Shown: in pieces, positions 26,901-39,896 of the stretch
Layout of the letters: every line of letters begins with the position of its first letter
How positions within the stretch are numbered: position 1 is the stretch's first letter
Assembly: GCA_040954595.2 (NCBI GenBank)
Contig: CM082588.2
Coordinates: 2,330,144 to 2,394,143 of the forward strand
Direction of reading: 5' to 3'
DNA length: 64,000 bases
DNA from: Balanoglossus misakiensis
Lineage: Eukaryota; Animalia; Hemichordata
Made by a program: the position numbers and the translations under genes
Notes under the pieces: model-generated
What the model saw: only the letters and a program-made list of their open reading frames with translations
Databases searched by the model: none
What the model was told of the DNA's origin: nothing

Positions 26901-29900
26901 TGGAATCTCGAAATACATTGATTTCATTTAATTTTTTCTAGGTTTTAATATTTCCATGCGTATTATTTTCACACTGATTGATTTTCAGCAAAGACAGGAA
27001 TTCAACTGCAATTCCACTTTGGCTACACCCAGTCTTCCTGAGGAGGAAATTACAAATTTCATTTCGCATTAGCATCTAATGAAACGGATGACCCACCAAA
27101 AACCAACTTCCAATTGAAATATGGCACTATACAGCAGAAGATATTTGTCTGGAATACTTTTATTTCTAATCAAGGGATGTGCATTCTAATCTAGGGCTAA
27201 GTATTTCAGTTACTACCGGTGCACTGAAAGATAAATTAACATCCAGTGTACTAGTACTCTCTCTAGTCGAGACAGTTACTGAATCAGTCATATGCAAATT
27301 AATGTAAATTTACTTCATGCACAGAAGGTTCTACTATCAATCACTGTGCATTGTCAAAATTTGACATCAAGAACACGACCCAAGATTACACGGAATAACA
27401 CAATTCATGTCTGCATCAGAAGGAATAAATTTGACATAAAAATTTATGTCCGTCTGACTGATGATTTTTTGAGGGTGTATTGTCGAATGATAGAAAATAC
27501 TCCAAAATGGCAGCCCGGTGGTCGTGTTTGCTGTTTTAATGTTTGTGAAGTGATGAGTGAAATTAAGCATACAGTCCACCATATGTTTCAATCAGTTCTC
27601 CTCTTGATTTATCTGCAGAAAAGCACCCGAGTGAAAATAATCCACCGCAGACAACAATTTCATTAACATGACGGGCAGCCGATTAAAAAGCATATCTGAA
27701 AACGATTTTAATTGCCCATTCATTTGAATATCGGACAAAAAACGTGAATGAATGATACTGTATGAATTCATCTCAGTTCTAGATGTATTTACCAAGAAAT
27801 AAAGCGAAAAAGAAATTCAAGTGATGATCTACACTATAATGCGTGTAACTTGAAAAATTGATCGCAAAAAATAATTGAAATATGAAGCATTTACATGTAA
27901 ATGTCAATTTTTCTACTGGTGTATGTGCATGTGCGTGTAATTCATTTTCAATATAATTAATTGGATGTGCATACACCTTAACATGTGGAATGAAAACCTA
28001 TTATTATGATGGATTTTGCATGTACAATGTGGCAGCATGTCTCATATGCTCTGCCCTGACCCTCACCTTTAAACCCCTGGGTGAGACACATGCCCTCTGG
28101 ATTTCAAATTTCAATCGCATTACGAAAGATCCCTTTGAGAACATGCCAATACTTTAATTTTTCTCTTGATTCACAAATCTTTATACAATATACATACACC
28201 CAATTTTTACAGTTTATAACCTCAACCATGCTCTCATGTCCAAACGAGTTATTATGTATAAATCAACTAACTTTTCACCGACTTATTATAATAAAGCTTG
28301 TTTTGGACCAAACAGCTTAATATGATGTGTTGATACAAAAACCTGTAAAATCATGAAAGTGGAGAGGTTTTGGGAAAATTAAAGAAGAATTTGATGGAGT
28401 GCAGTGTGATACATCTGATCTGTTGCTGCTACCCCTGTATCAGAAAGTGGTTGCTTCCAATATCAATGAGACACAGCTTGTGCCATGTGCCACCTACACT
28501 GACAATATTCTGTAATCTGATAGAACTCTGTTTTCATGGAAATAATGAGATATCGGCCAGCCACTGTGTGTGAGAGATGAAAGAATGCAACTGTCAATGA
28601 AGACCTGTGACCACTTTTAACGCTTGGCCAATGAAAGAGAAAATGAACAGCCCTGCAGATGGTTCAGAATCATGGCGATGATAAACAACAGCGGGTACCA
28701 TTTTATGGCCAGGTTCACAAGGGGATAATGAACCCAATGAGTAAACACCAGAAAAATGGATGATTTATCATTTTATGGCTAGAGATAATAAACAGGCAAG
28801 CTCAATACAAACCATTTTACCAAACCACAGATATACGCCCGAGGAAAAAAATCACACAGCAGAGTTTGATACCGTATAGTAATAATCTAGAAGCATGGAC
28901 CAGAAATACTATACATGCGATGCAAACAAAGAAAGACCTTCAAAATACAGATTCAAGCAAACAGCAGAATATTGGACTGCGCTGTTGTAATTAGGAACCA
29001 TGTCGTGCTGGGTTGCCAATGCAATGCAATGCAAATATTCTCAGTGTGTACCTGCATTCAGATTTTTTTCTCGTCTAAATATCCATTTTATTTCTTAAAG
29101 TCACAGTTCAGTGTTGAATTTACTCAATGTTGGCTAGCTATTTTCTCCATTCTGCAATTGATGTATTTTTAAAAGAGAAATAGATGACCTTTTGTACAGC
29201 ACTTCATACACATTTAACACACATTCAATGAATGAATACAACGCATGACTGAATAAAATAAAATTCCCCATCTTTCCAGCGGCAATAAAATGCCATTTTT
29301 TTCCTCCTCATTAACTTGTAATGGGCATGTATTATTTTCATTGATCGCATGTGCATAAGAAAAATTCTTCTGGGGAAATCTTTCTTCAGTGGAATGAAAT
29401 TTAAACCATCACACTGATGTATCGAGCCTCTGGGGCTCATTACATGAATGACCTTTGACTGTTGACCAACAATGTACGGGTCAGCTCCGCGAGTTCAATG
29501 AATCCCCCCCCCCCCTCTCCATGGTCTATTCCACTGCTACTGAAGGGGTGGGAAGGTGGCTGCTCATACTTACATCCCTGATACGAGGCTGACTTTGAAG
29601 ACATGCTGAACTGTGGATGACCCTTTTCCGACAGCCACCTGGATGGCGCGGTCGACGCTACTGGCAAACTGGCGCAAGTATCTATCCACAGGTTCACTTC
29701 CATCATACGGCACATAGATATACGGAAATATCCCATGGAGATGAAGGCATGTTTTCTGACCTAAATAATGTAAAAACATCATTTATAAAAATGTCATTAA
29801 AATTCATCATTTTAAAATCTGTGGCAAATAAATGTTAGCACATATTGTATTACATGAACAGAGTCAACGTTTTCTGAGTTGAGAAGTGGGTTTAGCCTCT

Positions 29901-32900
29901 AGACATTCGAGCTAATGAATCGCGACATGAACGCACAACTGCGAGTTGATATATCCCAAGGGCCTTTACTGTTCAAATCTTGCCGAGTGCAACTGTACTT
30001 TGTCGTGCAGTCTCACGTTAATTGCGCTCGGAAACTGACACATGCAGAACAGTTTCTGCATCCGATGTCAATATCGTGGCCACGGCACTTTTCAGGCAAT
30101 AAATTAAGCACTCGTTTTCAAAGCAGTTCTGACAAGGCGCGACTGAGGAGAGTGCAAAACAGACAGCAGAAGATTAAAATTCACATCAAGAGAAGGCAGG
30201 CAAACTGACTCAGTTGCCCCTTACAGGATGACTCATACATGTACCAGCATCTAAACCATTAATGCATTGCATTCTGTCAACTTCTGACCTCTTGCCCTCT
30301 GTCGATCTAGCTATTCACGGTGACTACATCTTGGTGGCCAACCTATTTTTAGACCTAATGCACAGGTTAAAATGAATTATTAAACCCAGCAAAAGTTTAC
30401 CAATGGTTGGCAACCTGCCATGGCGACTTCCACTTTATTTTCCCCTTTCAGAGCTAAGGTCATTGCCCTCTGCTGGGTTCAAAGATCACCAGGGCACCAT
30501 TCATTAGAGTAATAATATGTGATGAGACAAACTCCTGATGCATCCTGGAGAACCGAGGATGGGGACGTGTTTACTCTTGACACGGTTGAGATTGTCCAGA
30601 TTCCCGCAGCAGACAGCGAGATATACACACATACATCTGTGCTTAAGTATAACTGGATGTGTATTGTGACTATTTTAATCTTACCCTTTGAAATTTCCAA
30701 ACAGCTGGCACTGTTTGTTAGTCTTTGAAATTTTAAATTGCTTTACTTCACTCACAAGCTTATGCTTACTCTAAAAAGATTTTTCGCTTTCTTTTGTCGA
30801 TTTAGATCAACCTCACCTGGTTCAAAACGAACCATGCGCTGCTTCGTGCAGTTAGCCTAGACCATATTCCTCTGCATAATACTCCATAGTGTTTGATAAC
30901 AAACAAAAGGGAGAAGGTTTCTCGTGTATTTCACCAAGGAAAGTGTAATCCGAGTGACAAAGAAATGAGAGTAACAGAATACTATCATGCAAACTGCCCA
31001 TTCAATCCACAGCACATAATCAAAATCACCCAAGGAAAAGGAGAGAGTTGTCAACGGCTCATTGCCTCAATCGACGCTGTTATTGGAAGACGCATGCATG
31101 CACTCGCTCTTCAGATAGCGACTACTAAAGCAAAATATTGCCACTTCTCTTCGCTTTCAGATATGTCTGATGCGTTTTCCCCTCCTGACTTTTGCGGATC
31201 TGCTTTTGTGAATAGTGATTATAGAATCTGTGCCTGGGGGGACACAGTTGCTGTTGGAAATGAAAACCTTTCTATCAGACAAAATTGGAAATTTGTATGG
31301 TATTGGTATAAAAATAAATATACAAAAAGAAATCAGGGTGTTTCTCTCATCTTTGTTTTTGCAACAGTGTTGATTCTGACTTCATTTATTTTTGTTTATT
31401 TCAAATGTTGGTGAATTTGGAGATAAGTGCAAAGGGCAGTCACATCCTAAAAAGCATTCACTTCCATCTTTCTTTCCATTTCACACAAGAGATTCAGCAA
31501 ACAAGCATTGCACTCAACAGCACAGGCAAAGAGACACAAATGAGTGCATTTTTCACAGCACCACATTCATCAGCCAATCCTGGTTCAGCAAATTGCCAGC
31601 AGAGTGAGTGCGTTATTTGCAGTACCTCGTTTACCTGCCAATCTTCATTTTGTCAAATACTCTCGCTCTTTCCACAGAGAAGAGTGTGTGTAAATGCGGA
31701 GTAACCAAAATACACCTCACCCGCTAACTTTGGTGAAGTATTACACATAAAAAGACTTAGATATTCGTATCAAAGAATATTACTGTGTACAATGTAAGAG
31801 ACTATCACAAACATGTATCACTCAAACATATTATTGGGAGTTCTCCATCACAAAAGATAAATAAAATTTTGCCAAATAAATTACAGACTTGCATACTGTA
31901 TCACAGTACAATTGGAAATGGGGCCAAGGACAAAGCCTGTGTAAAAGTGTATTGTTTATAACAGACAGCCAGTTGAGACAGCCAGCAATTATTACTGAAG
32001 CTTAGAACATGGACTGTGGGCCAAACAATATTTCAGACTTTAATCTCTTGTCAAAGGTTTAATCATGCTTCCACAATGAACGATGGTGAAATATGAGCAA
32101 ATAAAGCTGTCTGGTTGGGAATTATTTTAACCTAATAATAAATAACATAGAACTATTCTGCTCACAGATATTATCCCAAATAATGTGCAAATATTGGCAA
32201 TGTTCTCGTTCGTCATACGATGAACCAAACTTTCCCAATTCAACACTGGGTATTATTATTGCTGGTACATGTATTGTACACTCTCCCTCTCAAATGTAAA
32301 CTGGTTTTGCTTTCTGTGTGACAGTTTCGTACAAATCCCTGTTCTACGTGGTCTTCTGTTGACAATCGCAAGCCGGTGTGATGTTCGTGTTATTACTATC
32401 ATGATAACAGCAGAGCCCTCTGGGCATGCTTTTATCAGAGACAGGAGTCAGATAAACGGCTCACAAATATGAAAGTGGCAACTGATATCATTGCAAAGAG
32501 ATCATCTTCATCTGCATGTGAAAACATATCTCTAGAAGGCCATTGACTGGAATATATAAAAGCTTGGATTTTTTGTCATTTTTGAACATTGGCCAGTCAA
32601 ATAGAAAAGCACATGCTTTACCTTGACTTTCATCCTTATTTCAAAGCAACCTGGGTACGAGTCTGACTGAAACAATGTAAGGATAATAACATTATCCCAC
32701 CCTGTAGGATACAACAGCAATTTTCTGATCACAAGTCTGACAGACCTGACAGTGATATATAGCTTATGAGAACTCTAGCTGCTTTGTCTATATTTACACA
32801 AAACGCATGCATCATAAAACCTCCTCTCTCCTTCACTGATTACTATCACTATACCAAAAATCTCTGAAGACTCACGATTTTTGTGTACGCAAAACAGAAG

Positions 32901-35900
32901 TGTACATCAGATGTTAAACAGAAATAAAGGCATGGTAATTCTCATTTCACAGCTGTTGCATCTGATTTTTACTTTTAAATATTTTATCTGGGCAAAGTCT
33001 CACATTATCTTACAATACATCTTTCATTTTCTATAAAAAAAAAAAAACAGGGCAAAAATGTTAAGAACATTATTAAAATTTTCACTTAAATATTTTTCCA
33101 CCAAATTTATCACAGATATTCAAATTTTATGAAAATTATACTACAGTATATATCATGAATGAGACTCCCCAGGAATTATGTGACACCATGACGACCAATT
33201 TGCATAACAACATACATCATTGTTATTAATGATATTCTATTGTTTTGTCAAAATTAAAAAGTGGTGGCCATCATTTATATGTTACTGCTCTGGGGAGAGC
33301 ACTGCAGCAGGCTGCCATACCAATAGTACATATGTTAGAAAATAAAATAGCCTATAGAAATGGAAACCTTTGACCTATTCATAGTTCGTTGGTACATCAC
33401 ATGCTGCCATTCATATTGTTATTTTAATAACTTTTTTTTACTGTATGGATGATCATGGTTTATTTTTATTACACGATACAAGAATATTTAGCTGGAATTT
33501 TACAAACAAGGAAAAGGATACCTGTATAATTTTTTTTTTATTTCACAAAATGTAACCAAAATCTGCATTTTTTACTAATATTTTCTTAATCATCAACAAG
33601 GCATTTCCCATGAGTATTTGTTCAATTTTTCTACCATGCTCCACGTCAGATTCAAATTTTATTGGCAACAGGCAGCCACAGCTCTCACGGATTTTGTTAA
33701 AAGCAATAAATGACGGGCCGCTGTCCCCACTTACACCGAGTAGATTCGCATGTCGTTCAGCGTTCGTGAATTTCCGATCGCGCAGCGAGTACACGTTCTG
33801 GTCTTTTTCCGTTTGAGTGATCCCAAGTGTTTTGCAGATGTGAAGCTAGGTAGATGCAACTGATTGAGTTCCTTCAAATGTGTAATGGCTGTGAAACATA
33901 GTGAAGCTTTTGAGATGCTTGGCATTCAGAGCACACGACCTGCAAATAACACCCTCGATTTGCCAGTGCAGGTTTTTCTACTTTGAAATCTCAGTTTACT
34001 CCAGTACTCCATGCACATTGCTGTGTCACTTATAAACAGATCTGTTACATCTTTTAGGTTTGAAAAATGTCTGCTGGGAAAGAAAATAGTGAGAAAAAAG
34101 ATACCTCTGTCTTTTGTTTCAGAAAATTGTCAACCAATTTTAAATAATTATTGTCTTCTCCCTGGGGTAATTAGAGAGTATCAGCTGATGCAGTTAAATT
34201 TTGGGAAACAAAAGAAACTCATTATGTAATTGATAGCTCTAGCCACTTCACCTAATTTGCAGAGTACAGGTCCGAATATACTGATTAGACAAACAGGTCA
34301 AATAAAAAGATTGTGGTAAGTGGGTTAAGCTAATTTTGTCACTCTGTGGGAATTGTAATAAGATTATTTTTAAAGAACTAGTGACTTTTTTTATCACTGA
34401 AGCTAAATTTATACAAAGGTACTGCTGAATTACTAGCAAACTAATAACAACGCATGCCTTTCCAAAAATAAAGTGATTGGAAATAACATGTAATATACCA
34501 ATGTATGTGAGTGTTTTAAAATCTGAACAAGCCTTACCACCCCCAGACAAACTCAGCACTGTGGAACAGCCCTATTGTTCTCCACTGAAAGATGGGCCAT
34601 CTAACTAAGCTATGGGGGTGAGCAATTCGCACGTGGCTAGGATATGACAGATGACTGAAAAGAGTTTTGAAAAAAAAAAGCTATGTCCACCTGCAGATCA
34701 GTATTCTTCGAGAAACCAACACATTTACTTTCTTTACTGGTTTTTATTTGAAGTGAGTAAACTTGTTTTAGAATTTCATAATGTGCATTCGAACAACACA
34801 TCTTTTATTCATAAATGTACCATTTCCTCTATTATATGATTCCTTTCAAATGACAAATTTCACAATCAATAGTTCAGACTATTTTAATAAATACTGACTG
34901 CACTGGGGAATAATCACATATCAATCAGTGAGCATATGGATGTCTTTGAATTGTATACCAGTCTACCTGGCTCTGAAAAAGTAACTACAGTACTCTTCGG
35001 GTTTGCATAAATTTTGTTTCATTCATATGACCTACTTAAAAGTCAATGAAACCACAATTACGAATTATGCCCTTCATTTAGACACACACACTTTTTTCTT
35101 AATTGCAATGCACATCACCACAGCCATTAAATTTTGTAGTTTAAAGTCCAAGTTAATTTTGTTAATAGACTGCCTTGATTTTTTTATCAATGGAGTTGAA
35201 AAAAACTGCAGAACTTAAATTCAACCCTTCAGAGGAAATAATAATTTATAATAATAAATTAGAATTATATTAATGCATGTTTATGTTAAAACAATAAAAC
35301 ATAATATTACAGCTAAGGGCATTGATAAAATAAAATTTGAGAAAGTCACAATATTTACTTGTTGATATTTAAATGCCAGGGTGATGGAGACAGAGCTGTG
35401 GTCACCGAGGAAATAGTTAAGCATTCACCTAATATGGCTCGGTACTAGGATTTCTCTTTCAACGCTGATGTGTACATGAAAATTGCAATACCATACTGGG
35501 AGTGAACCATACACAGCCAGTGCTACTGAAACAAACACACGCATAGTAATAGGTCACTCAAGAAATGAAATCGACATGAGTAGTAATTACTCATGCACAT
35601 CAACGCGCGTACGCGCGCTCTGTGTCTGCTCTGAAAACGCGCTTGTGATATTGAATATTGCTGTTGCTTTGTGCCTAGTGACACTAAAAATCCTCCAAAA
35701 AATTGTATATAGTCTTCACTAAAAAATCTCCCTTTCTCATAATGTATATTTCCGCAGCGTCAGTTCATCTGTTGAGAGGCCCCGAACGGTGTCACTGTCA
35801 ACAATGAGCTGAGCTGAGCGAGTGAATGAGATGGGGAGGGAAAATATTGCAACGTAAATTTGCAAATTGCTGCCGTTTCTCAGGAATTGTCACTACCGCA

Positions 35901-36065
35901 GTACGAATAAAGGAAAATATACAAACCTGCTGGAGTTGCTCCAAAAATGCGAATAACGGGTACCCGTCTTGCTTCCGATCCTCGAAAGTCCGAGTAACTA
36001 ACGTCGAGGCCGGGAAGAGGGGCGGAGATGTAGTGATCGGCGGTAACTATACGAACGGAGAACAT
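5915..36065 (-). CDS. REV3L: DNA polymerase zeta catalytic subunit, 33 coding exons, about 3307 aa
   Basis: Motifs: N-terminus MFSVRIVTADHY...RIFGATPAG|QKTCLHLHGIFPY; PolB motifs LDFQSLYPS, QLGLKLIANVTYGY, YGDTDS, KKRYVG; C-terminal CysA (CPVC...CISC) and CysB (CCNCC...CVSLDCP). GT-AG exons with consistent phases (9924 nt total): 36065-35927, 29760-29574, 25328-25254, 24997-24916, 24706-24625, 24445-24289, 24046-23949, 23655-23551, 23395-23311, 23189-23035, 18633-18487, 18301-18034, 17913-17810, 17491-12823, 12562-11686, 11576-11448, 11334-10991, 10854-10739, 10554-10436, 10188-10070, 9944-9803, 9646-9564, 9399-9238, 9056-8913, 8808-8739, 8601-8494, 8351-8242, 8052-7938, 7686-7549, 7396-7206, 6960-6669, 6491-6330, 6064-5915 (TGA). 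Confidence 0.97.
10272..10400. mobile_element. Possible degenerate Tc1/mariner-pogo-type MITE remnant
   Basis: Begins TA|CAGTAAAACCTGT, typical of pogo/Tigger-like ends. No intact second end found. Confidence 0.25.
11686..12562 (-). CDS. REV3L: REV3L exon 15, containing the second REV7-binding motif (VILAPSKDPPSREKV)
   Basis: Lies in ORF 11671-12618. Acceptor TAG at 12565-12563, donor GTTAGT after 11686. The PxxxPP motif resembles vertebrate RBM2. Confidence 0.93.
12823..17491 (-). CDS. REV3L: REV3L giant exon 14 (4669 nt), mostly disordered insert
   Basis: 1550-aa ORF 12810-17462. REV3L-type blocks YTLRTKRRRISY, HYIIINKFKG, SPPRAWSPT and RBM1 (KIWTPLEIPPAKE...FYSNPDDLPEK). Splice phases fit the neighbouring exons. 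Confidence 0.95.
17672..17765. mobile_element. Small degenerate inverted-repeat element (MITE remnant)
   Basis: TAGGGCAGTCACCCCCTG (17672) and CAGGGGGCTACTGTCTTA (17748) are imperfect inverted repeats around a GGGTTA-containing core. Confidence 0.35.
18782..22070. repeat. 25-bp minisatellite with two monomer types, about 130 copies
   Basis: Type A AGACCTGCACCAGGTCTGT(T/C)CTG(A/C)C and type B AGCAATGCACCAGACCTGATCTG(T/C)C, interspersed. Confidence 0.97.
22295..22517. mobile_element. Nested degenerate MITE in the spacer of the EnSpm-like element
   Basis: Left GGGGAGAACCATTGTATTTTTGGGGATGGAT versus reverse complement of right GGGGGGACCATTCGATTTGGGGGGGAGGGAGGAT. No clean TSD. Confidence 0.45.
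23247..23303. repeat. (TGAA)n microsatellite in REV3L intron 9
   Basis: About 14 tandem TGAA units. Confidence 0.95.
25331..25352. repeat. (GA)n microsatellite forming the polypyrimidine tract of REV3L exon 3
   Basis: GAGGAGAGAGAGAGAGAGAG directly beside the exon-3 acceptor at 25329. Confidence 0.85.
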
Positions 36066-37238
36066 CTCTCTTGGTGATGCGGAGTTAATGCACTTTCCGG
36101 TGATGGTGGTTCAATCTTACCAGCTTCAAATCTTGAGTTGCTGTTTTAAACCTCTGCATAAATATACACAGATCGTGAAAATACGATGTCTACCAGTATC
36201 CTCGTATCACAGAACACGTAAACTTGCGCGAAATATGACCCCAGTGTACCTAGTTGTATTTTAAAGCGGAGACAAAGACGAGACGAATACTCACACACGA
36301 CCGCTGTGAAAATAATGAGTAAAAGGAGAAATCAAAGTCCCGTTCACCAGATCTGTATACTGTTCCTTTAACGTATGGTTACGAAACGATGAAATATTTG
36401 AGAACGATGTTAAAATGCCTGCAGCAGCGAGGCTACGCGGCTTTCATACAATCTGGCAGACATATTGGATAGTAAAAAGGTCAAGTCTGAGGTCATCGCG
36501 CATGGGAACCATCTTCTTTTGAGACAGCTTAGGCCGAAGAAAATATATAATGTAAACTTGATTAGTCTTGGAACTATTTATAAACACACACATCATTTAA
36601 TTTAGGTGAATATATGGACGCATACACATCTTTAGAAATCTCATGTGAAGTATTGCATGATTTAACCGAATGGTTTTTGCACGACATTCAAAAATATAAT
36701 TGTAATTGAAGCGAACTTAGGGGTTCTTGGGACGCACGTCCGAACACGTTTACGCACGTTTGGCGGTATTTTCACATTTTGGCACGTTGCGTCAACACAA
36801 ACAAATATATTTAGCAAAGCATGAAGCGTCAGCGATTTTGTTCTTGCGTACATTGTGACAGACACTCGTTTTATAAAAGTGACTCATCGACTATTCTTCA
36901 ACTGTACAATGAATGGGAGAAATGCATGTACAGGCATGTTGGGTCAGCCCCCCCCCCCCCTCCCAGGTATACAAGTCCCATGGGGGTCTGGAACTTGGAA
37001 GGGAATGTGTGTCACACGGGATACATGCAAATCAGTGTTTTGATTTGTGACATTAAAACAGCACACATTAAAGGCAGTCAAAAAGTCAGATGTGTCAGCG
37101 AAATTAAACATAGCCTTTGAACTGTTTGGCGCGGTCTAAAGGTCATCATAACCTTTTAATACACCACTCGTACCAAGGACAAACCACGTTTTCGTTTGTG
37201 ACTATCAGGGTAAAACTCAACGCATTCAGTCGAGCAAA
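36066..37238. promoter_or_regulatory. Divergent (head-to-head) REV3L/SORD promoter region with two E2F-consensus sites
   Basis: Start codons are 1.17 kb apart and point away from each other. TTTCGCGC on the minus strand at 36226-36233 and TTTGGCGC at 37125-37132. Confidence 0.55.
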
Positions 37239-39896
37239 ATGGAACCAAGAGGAAATCTATGTTCAATTGTGTACGGTGCGGGTGACATGAGACTTGTGAG
37301 TACAATCATTCCACATTCTTGCCTAGAGAAATGCGAAGGCAGGCTGCAGGGGGGCGGGTGGTCGGGAAGGTGATCAGAATCATGCATTAAATGGCGAGCT
37401 GGTTCAGGTGGAGACAAATAGTAACTGCATGTTTGGCGGCTGTCTGTCGATCTCCGTGAGGTATGACAATCGAGGTCACCAGACTGTCGGCGAAATAACG
37501 ACAACTCGGAGCAATATTACAATCATGGTTTCGGTTTTGAGATCGATTTATAAAAGCTTCGAGCATTTACACTTATCTATTATAAATCGGAAAATGTTGA
37601 AAGGACTGCATGACGATTAAATCTACTACGGTAATTATGTAATGGAAAATGCTTTTTTGTACAACTGCAAGTACATCAGACAGATCATGTTTTAGTTTCG
37701 AATAAATGTTAATTTTCCATTTGTTTTAAAGTTTTTGGTCTTTGGTTTCATTCATTACTTCAGAGGAAATATTTTTGTGGTAATGAGGTTGTTGTTTTTA
37801 ATTGCAGGAAAACAGACCAATACCTACACCGGGTGATAATGGTACAGTACATGTACAGTTAAATGACAATTAAACACTTGTTTTGTCTGGAAAAATCGTG
37901 TCTCAAGGACTCAACTTTTCAGGCCCAGTGCAGTATAACGCCCTCTATAAAGAAAACAAGTAATCTTTTGTTTTCCCCGCTACTGTATTACGCCTTCCAT
38001 TCTTCTCCTATTGAACATTCACTTTTCTTAAAAATGAAAATATTTATTGATGTCTTCACCTGCCTTCTTACAGAGGTCTTATTGGCAATGAAAAGTGTTG
38101 GCATTTGTGGTTCAGATCTCAAGTACTGGTCGCAGGGCAAGTGTGGTCGCTTTGTGGTCAAGTCACCCATGGTGATAGGCCATGAGGCTAGTGGTACGGT
38201 CATAGGTGTTGGTAGTGGAGTCAAGCATTTACAAGTCGGTAAGTTTTTTTCCATCAGCTTTCTTTTCATGTTGAGGCCAATTCACTCTTACATTGCCTAC
38301 TTTCTCTACATGATTTGAGATATGTAGATATGGTTTTTAAAAAAACACGGGAAACTTCTAAGTTGCAGTTTTATACATATTCTATGTCTGTCTCTGTCTA
38401 TAATACATCTTTCCCCTCTCCCTTAGGTGACAGGGTAGCCATTGAACCAGGTGTGTCATGTAGAGTATGCAAAATATGTAAGCAGGGTCGATACAACCTT
38501 TGCCCAGAGATGAAATTTTGTGCCACACCACCAGTAGATGGTCTGCTGTGTAGATACTATGTCCACCCGGCTGATTTCTGTTTCAAGTAAGGGTCAACCA
38601 TATAGCTTTGCTAGGGAGGGCTGATTACTGTTCAGATGGCCTTATAATTTCGTAGTCTACTTATGTGGCTCAGCTGAATAATATTACATCACATGAAAAA
38701 AATACCACATTATCATTCCATTTTAAAGATTGCCTCCCCAAGTGACCCTGGAAGAGGGCGCTATGTTAGAACCACTGGCAGTAGCTGTGTATGGTTGTGA
38801 AAGGGGGAATGTGGGCCTTGGTTCCACTGTGCTTATATGTGGTGCAGGTAAGGGATCAACCAATATTCTCTTGGGGGGCGGGGTCGAGATCTCTATTATA
38901 TAAACTATTCAAGGTGTTTTGAAAACCAATTTATACTCATGTCTAAGCAGCTATGAGTTTTAAATATCACTTAATATATTGATAAATTGTATCGTGTTGC
39001 TATCTTTTTCAGGTCCTGTAGGGATATTAGCATTATTGACAGCTAAAACACTAGGAGCATCTACAATAGCAATATCAGGTACATTGTACTTAAAATGCAT
39101 TTCTTTAAGCTCTATGAGCAGACAATTTTTTTAGCCATAACTGAACAGATTCTCTTCAGATTTTATGGCTCTCTCTAGTACATATTGTTCTTCGTGTGAT
39201 TGTGTATCACCTCTGTTTCCTTTGCCAACAGATATTGATCAGAATAGACTGGACATTGCCATAGCAAATGGTGCCACACATGGAATACTAGTGGAGACAA
39301 CAGACAACAAACAATTGGCAGCGAAAATTGTGGATATTATGGGATGTTCACCCGACGTGACTTTGGAATGCAGTGGGTCTGATAACAGTTTGATCACCGG
39401 CATTTATGTAAGTTGAATGGGTAGATCTGGAAGTTCTTGATTTCACTCATTGTAAATGCCCAAATCCACTTAATAATTTTTTTTCAAAATTTGCATTTGT
39501 AGGCAACAACACCTGGTGGAAGTGTAGTGCTCATTGGTCGAGGTTCGTTGGAATTAAAACTGCCAATAGTAGAAGCAGCAGGTAAAGAAGTGGACATAAA
39601 GGGAGTTTTCAGATATGCAAATTGGTGAGACATCTTTTTAAATTACTATGATGTGATTGGCTAATCAGCTTGCATAATTACTATACCTTGGAGGTTTGAG
39701 TTTCAATTACTTAGCAATTTTGTTTGTTTACAGTTATCCCAAGGCATTGGCAATGATATCAACTGGTCAGATTGATGTCAAACCACTCATCTCTCACCGC
39801 TTCACATTGGAAAACTCAAACCAGGCTTTCGAGACAGCCAGCGACAGAAAGTCCAAGTCTGTGAAGGTCATCATCGATTGTGAATCGAAGAAATGA
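37239..39896 (+). CDS. SORD: Sorbitol dehydrogenase (zinc-dependent medium-chain dehydrogenase), 9 exons, 353 aa
   Basis: Motifs: [66 protein letters not shown]. Exons (1062 nt, phases consistent): 37239-37295, 37808-37841, 38074-38238, 38427-38586, 38729-38847, 39013-39078, 39232-39407, 39503-39624, 39734-39896. Confidence 0.95.

Noticed and set aside
30893-31414. 173-aa plus-strand ORF in REV3L intron 1 with CPFNPQH (start of a CHHC zinc finger) and a hydrophobic tail
   Set aside because: Non-ATG start, missing second His of the CHHC motif, AT-rich composition and no supporting exon structure. A tBLASTn against relatives would settle it.
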